Made by a program: the position numbers and the translations under genes. Below, piece after piece: positions 39,315 to 39,409 of a stretch of 39,409 bases of DNA (the stretch's first letter is position 1; every line of letters begins with the position of its first letter). Under the pieces are notes generated by a model. It saw only the letters and a program-made list of their open reading frames with translations. It ran no database searches and was not told where the DNA came from. Origin of the DNA: a virus; the IMG/VR virus record IMGVR_UViG_3300027386_000002, positions 1-39,409 of that record; one strand, given 5' to 3'.

Positions 39315-39409
39315 CCAGCGGCGTGGATACGTGGATAGTGATGTGGATAAGCGGCGCTATTATGCCCGACTCGACGGGGGCTTGTTCCATATCCCTCGAC
39401 AGCAATAGT
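39311..39409. repeat. Terminal 99-bp overlap identical to 1-99
   Basis: It is an exact duplicate of the window start and includes the first 45 nt of element copy A. Confidence 0.9.

Noticed and set aside
1-39409. Lysogeny module (integrase, repressor, attP), toxin-antitoxin systems or known defence systems
   Set aside because: No ORF shows integrase, recombinase, CI/Cro-like or other recognisable motifs. This absence cannot be proven without profile searches.

Overview
The window is one complete tailed-phage genome of about 39.3 kb. Its first 99 nt are identical to its last 99 nt, so it is a circular assembly or a terminally redundant genome. Coding is dense and modular. A minus-strand head module at 3157-7965 encodes portal, ClpP-like protease, scaffold, decoration protein, a lambda gpE-like capsid protein and one virion protein. 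A plus-strand packaging block at 8006-10500 encodes a VRR-NUC nuclease, a small zinc-ribbon protein and a terminase large subunit that has only the ATPase domain. A long plus-strand early, replication and modification block at 11121-23322 encodes a SLOG/DUF2493 protein, nucleases, a Dam-like N6A methylase, a RecD/Dda-like helicase, a Toprim plus P4/D5-type primase-helicase, a C5-methylase-like protein and many small zinc-ribbon proteins. A 1306-aa repeat-rich tail fibre and a lysis cassette occupy 23485-28679 on the plus strand. A minus-strand tail and virion operon occupies 28765-38256. I found no tail tube or canonical tape-measure gene, so the architecture looks podovirus-like. I also found no DNA polymerase, RNA polymerase, integrase, tRNA or CRISPR array. 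The unusual parts are non-coding. The first is a 2.4-kb GC-rich, internally repetitive region at about 139-2575 whose plus strand is almost free of A. It is followed by an AT-rich iteron block, and a near-consensus sigma70 promoter fires into both. The second is an approximately 83-nt conserved element present three times, on the same strand, exactly at module boundaries; one copy is flanked by a perfect 17-bp direct repeat. The third is a pair of sigma54-type -24/-12 promoters in front of the early gene blocks. The fourth is a 160-bp nested dyad-symmetry element. Notable coding features are a duplicated cassette encoding a (Gly-X)n repeat protein plus a conserved zinc ribbon, and a virion protein with a roughly 370-residue Glu/Arg-only segment. 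All functional calls rest on motifs I recognise by eye and on gene order. No database search was possible.
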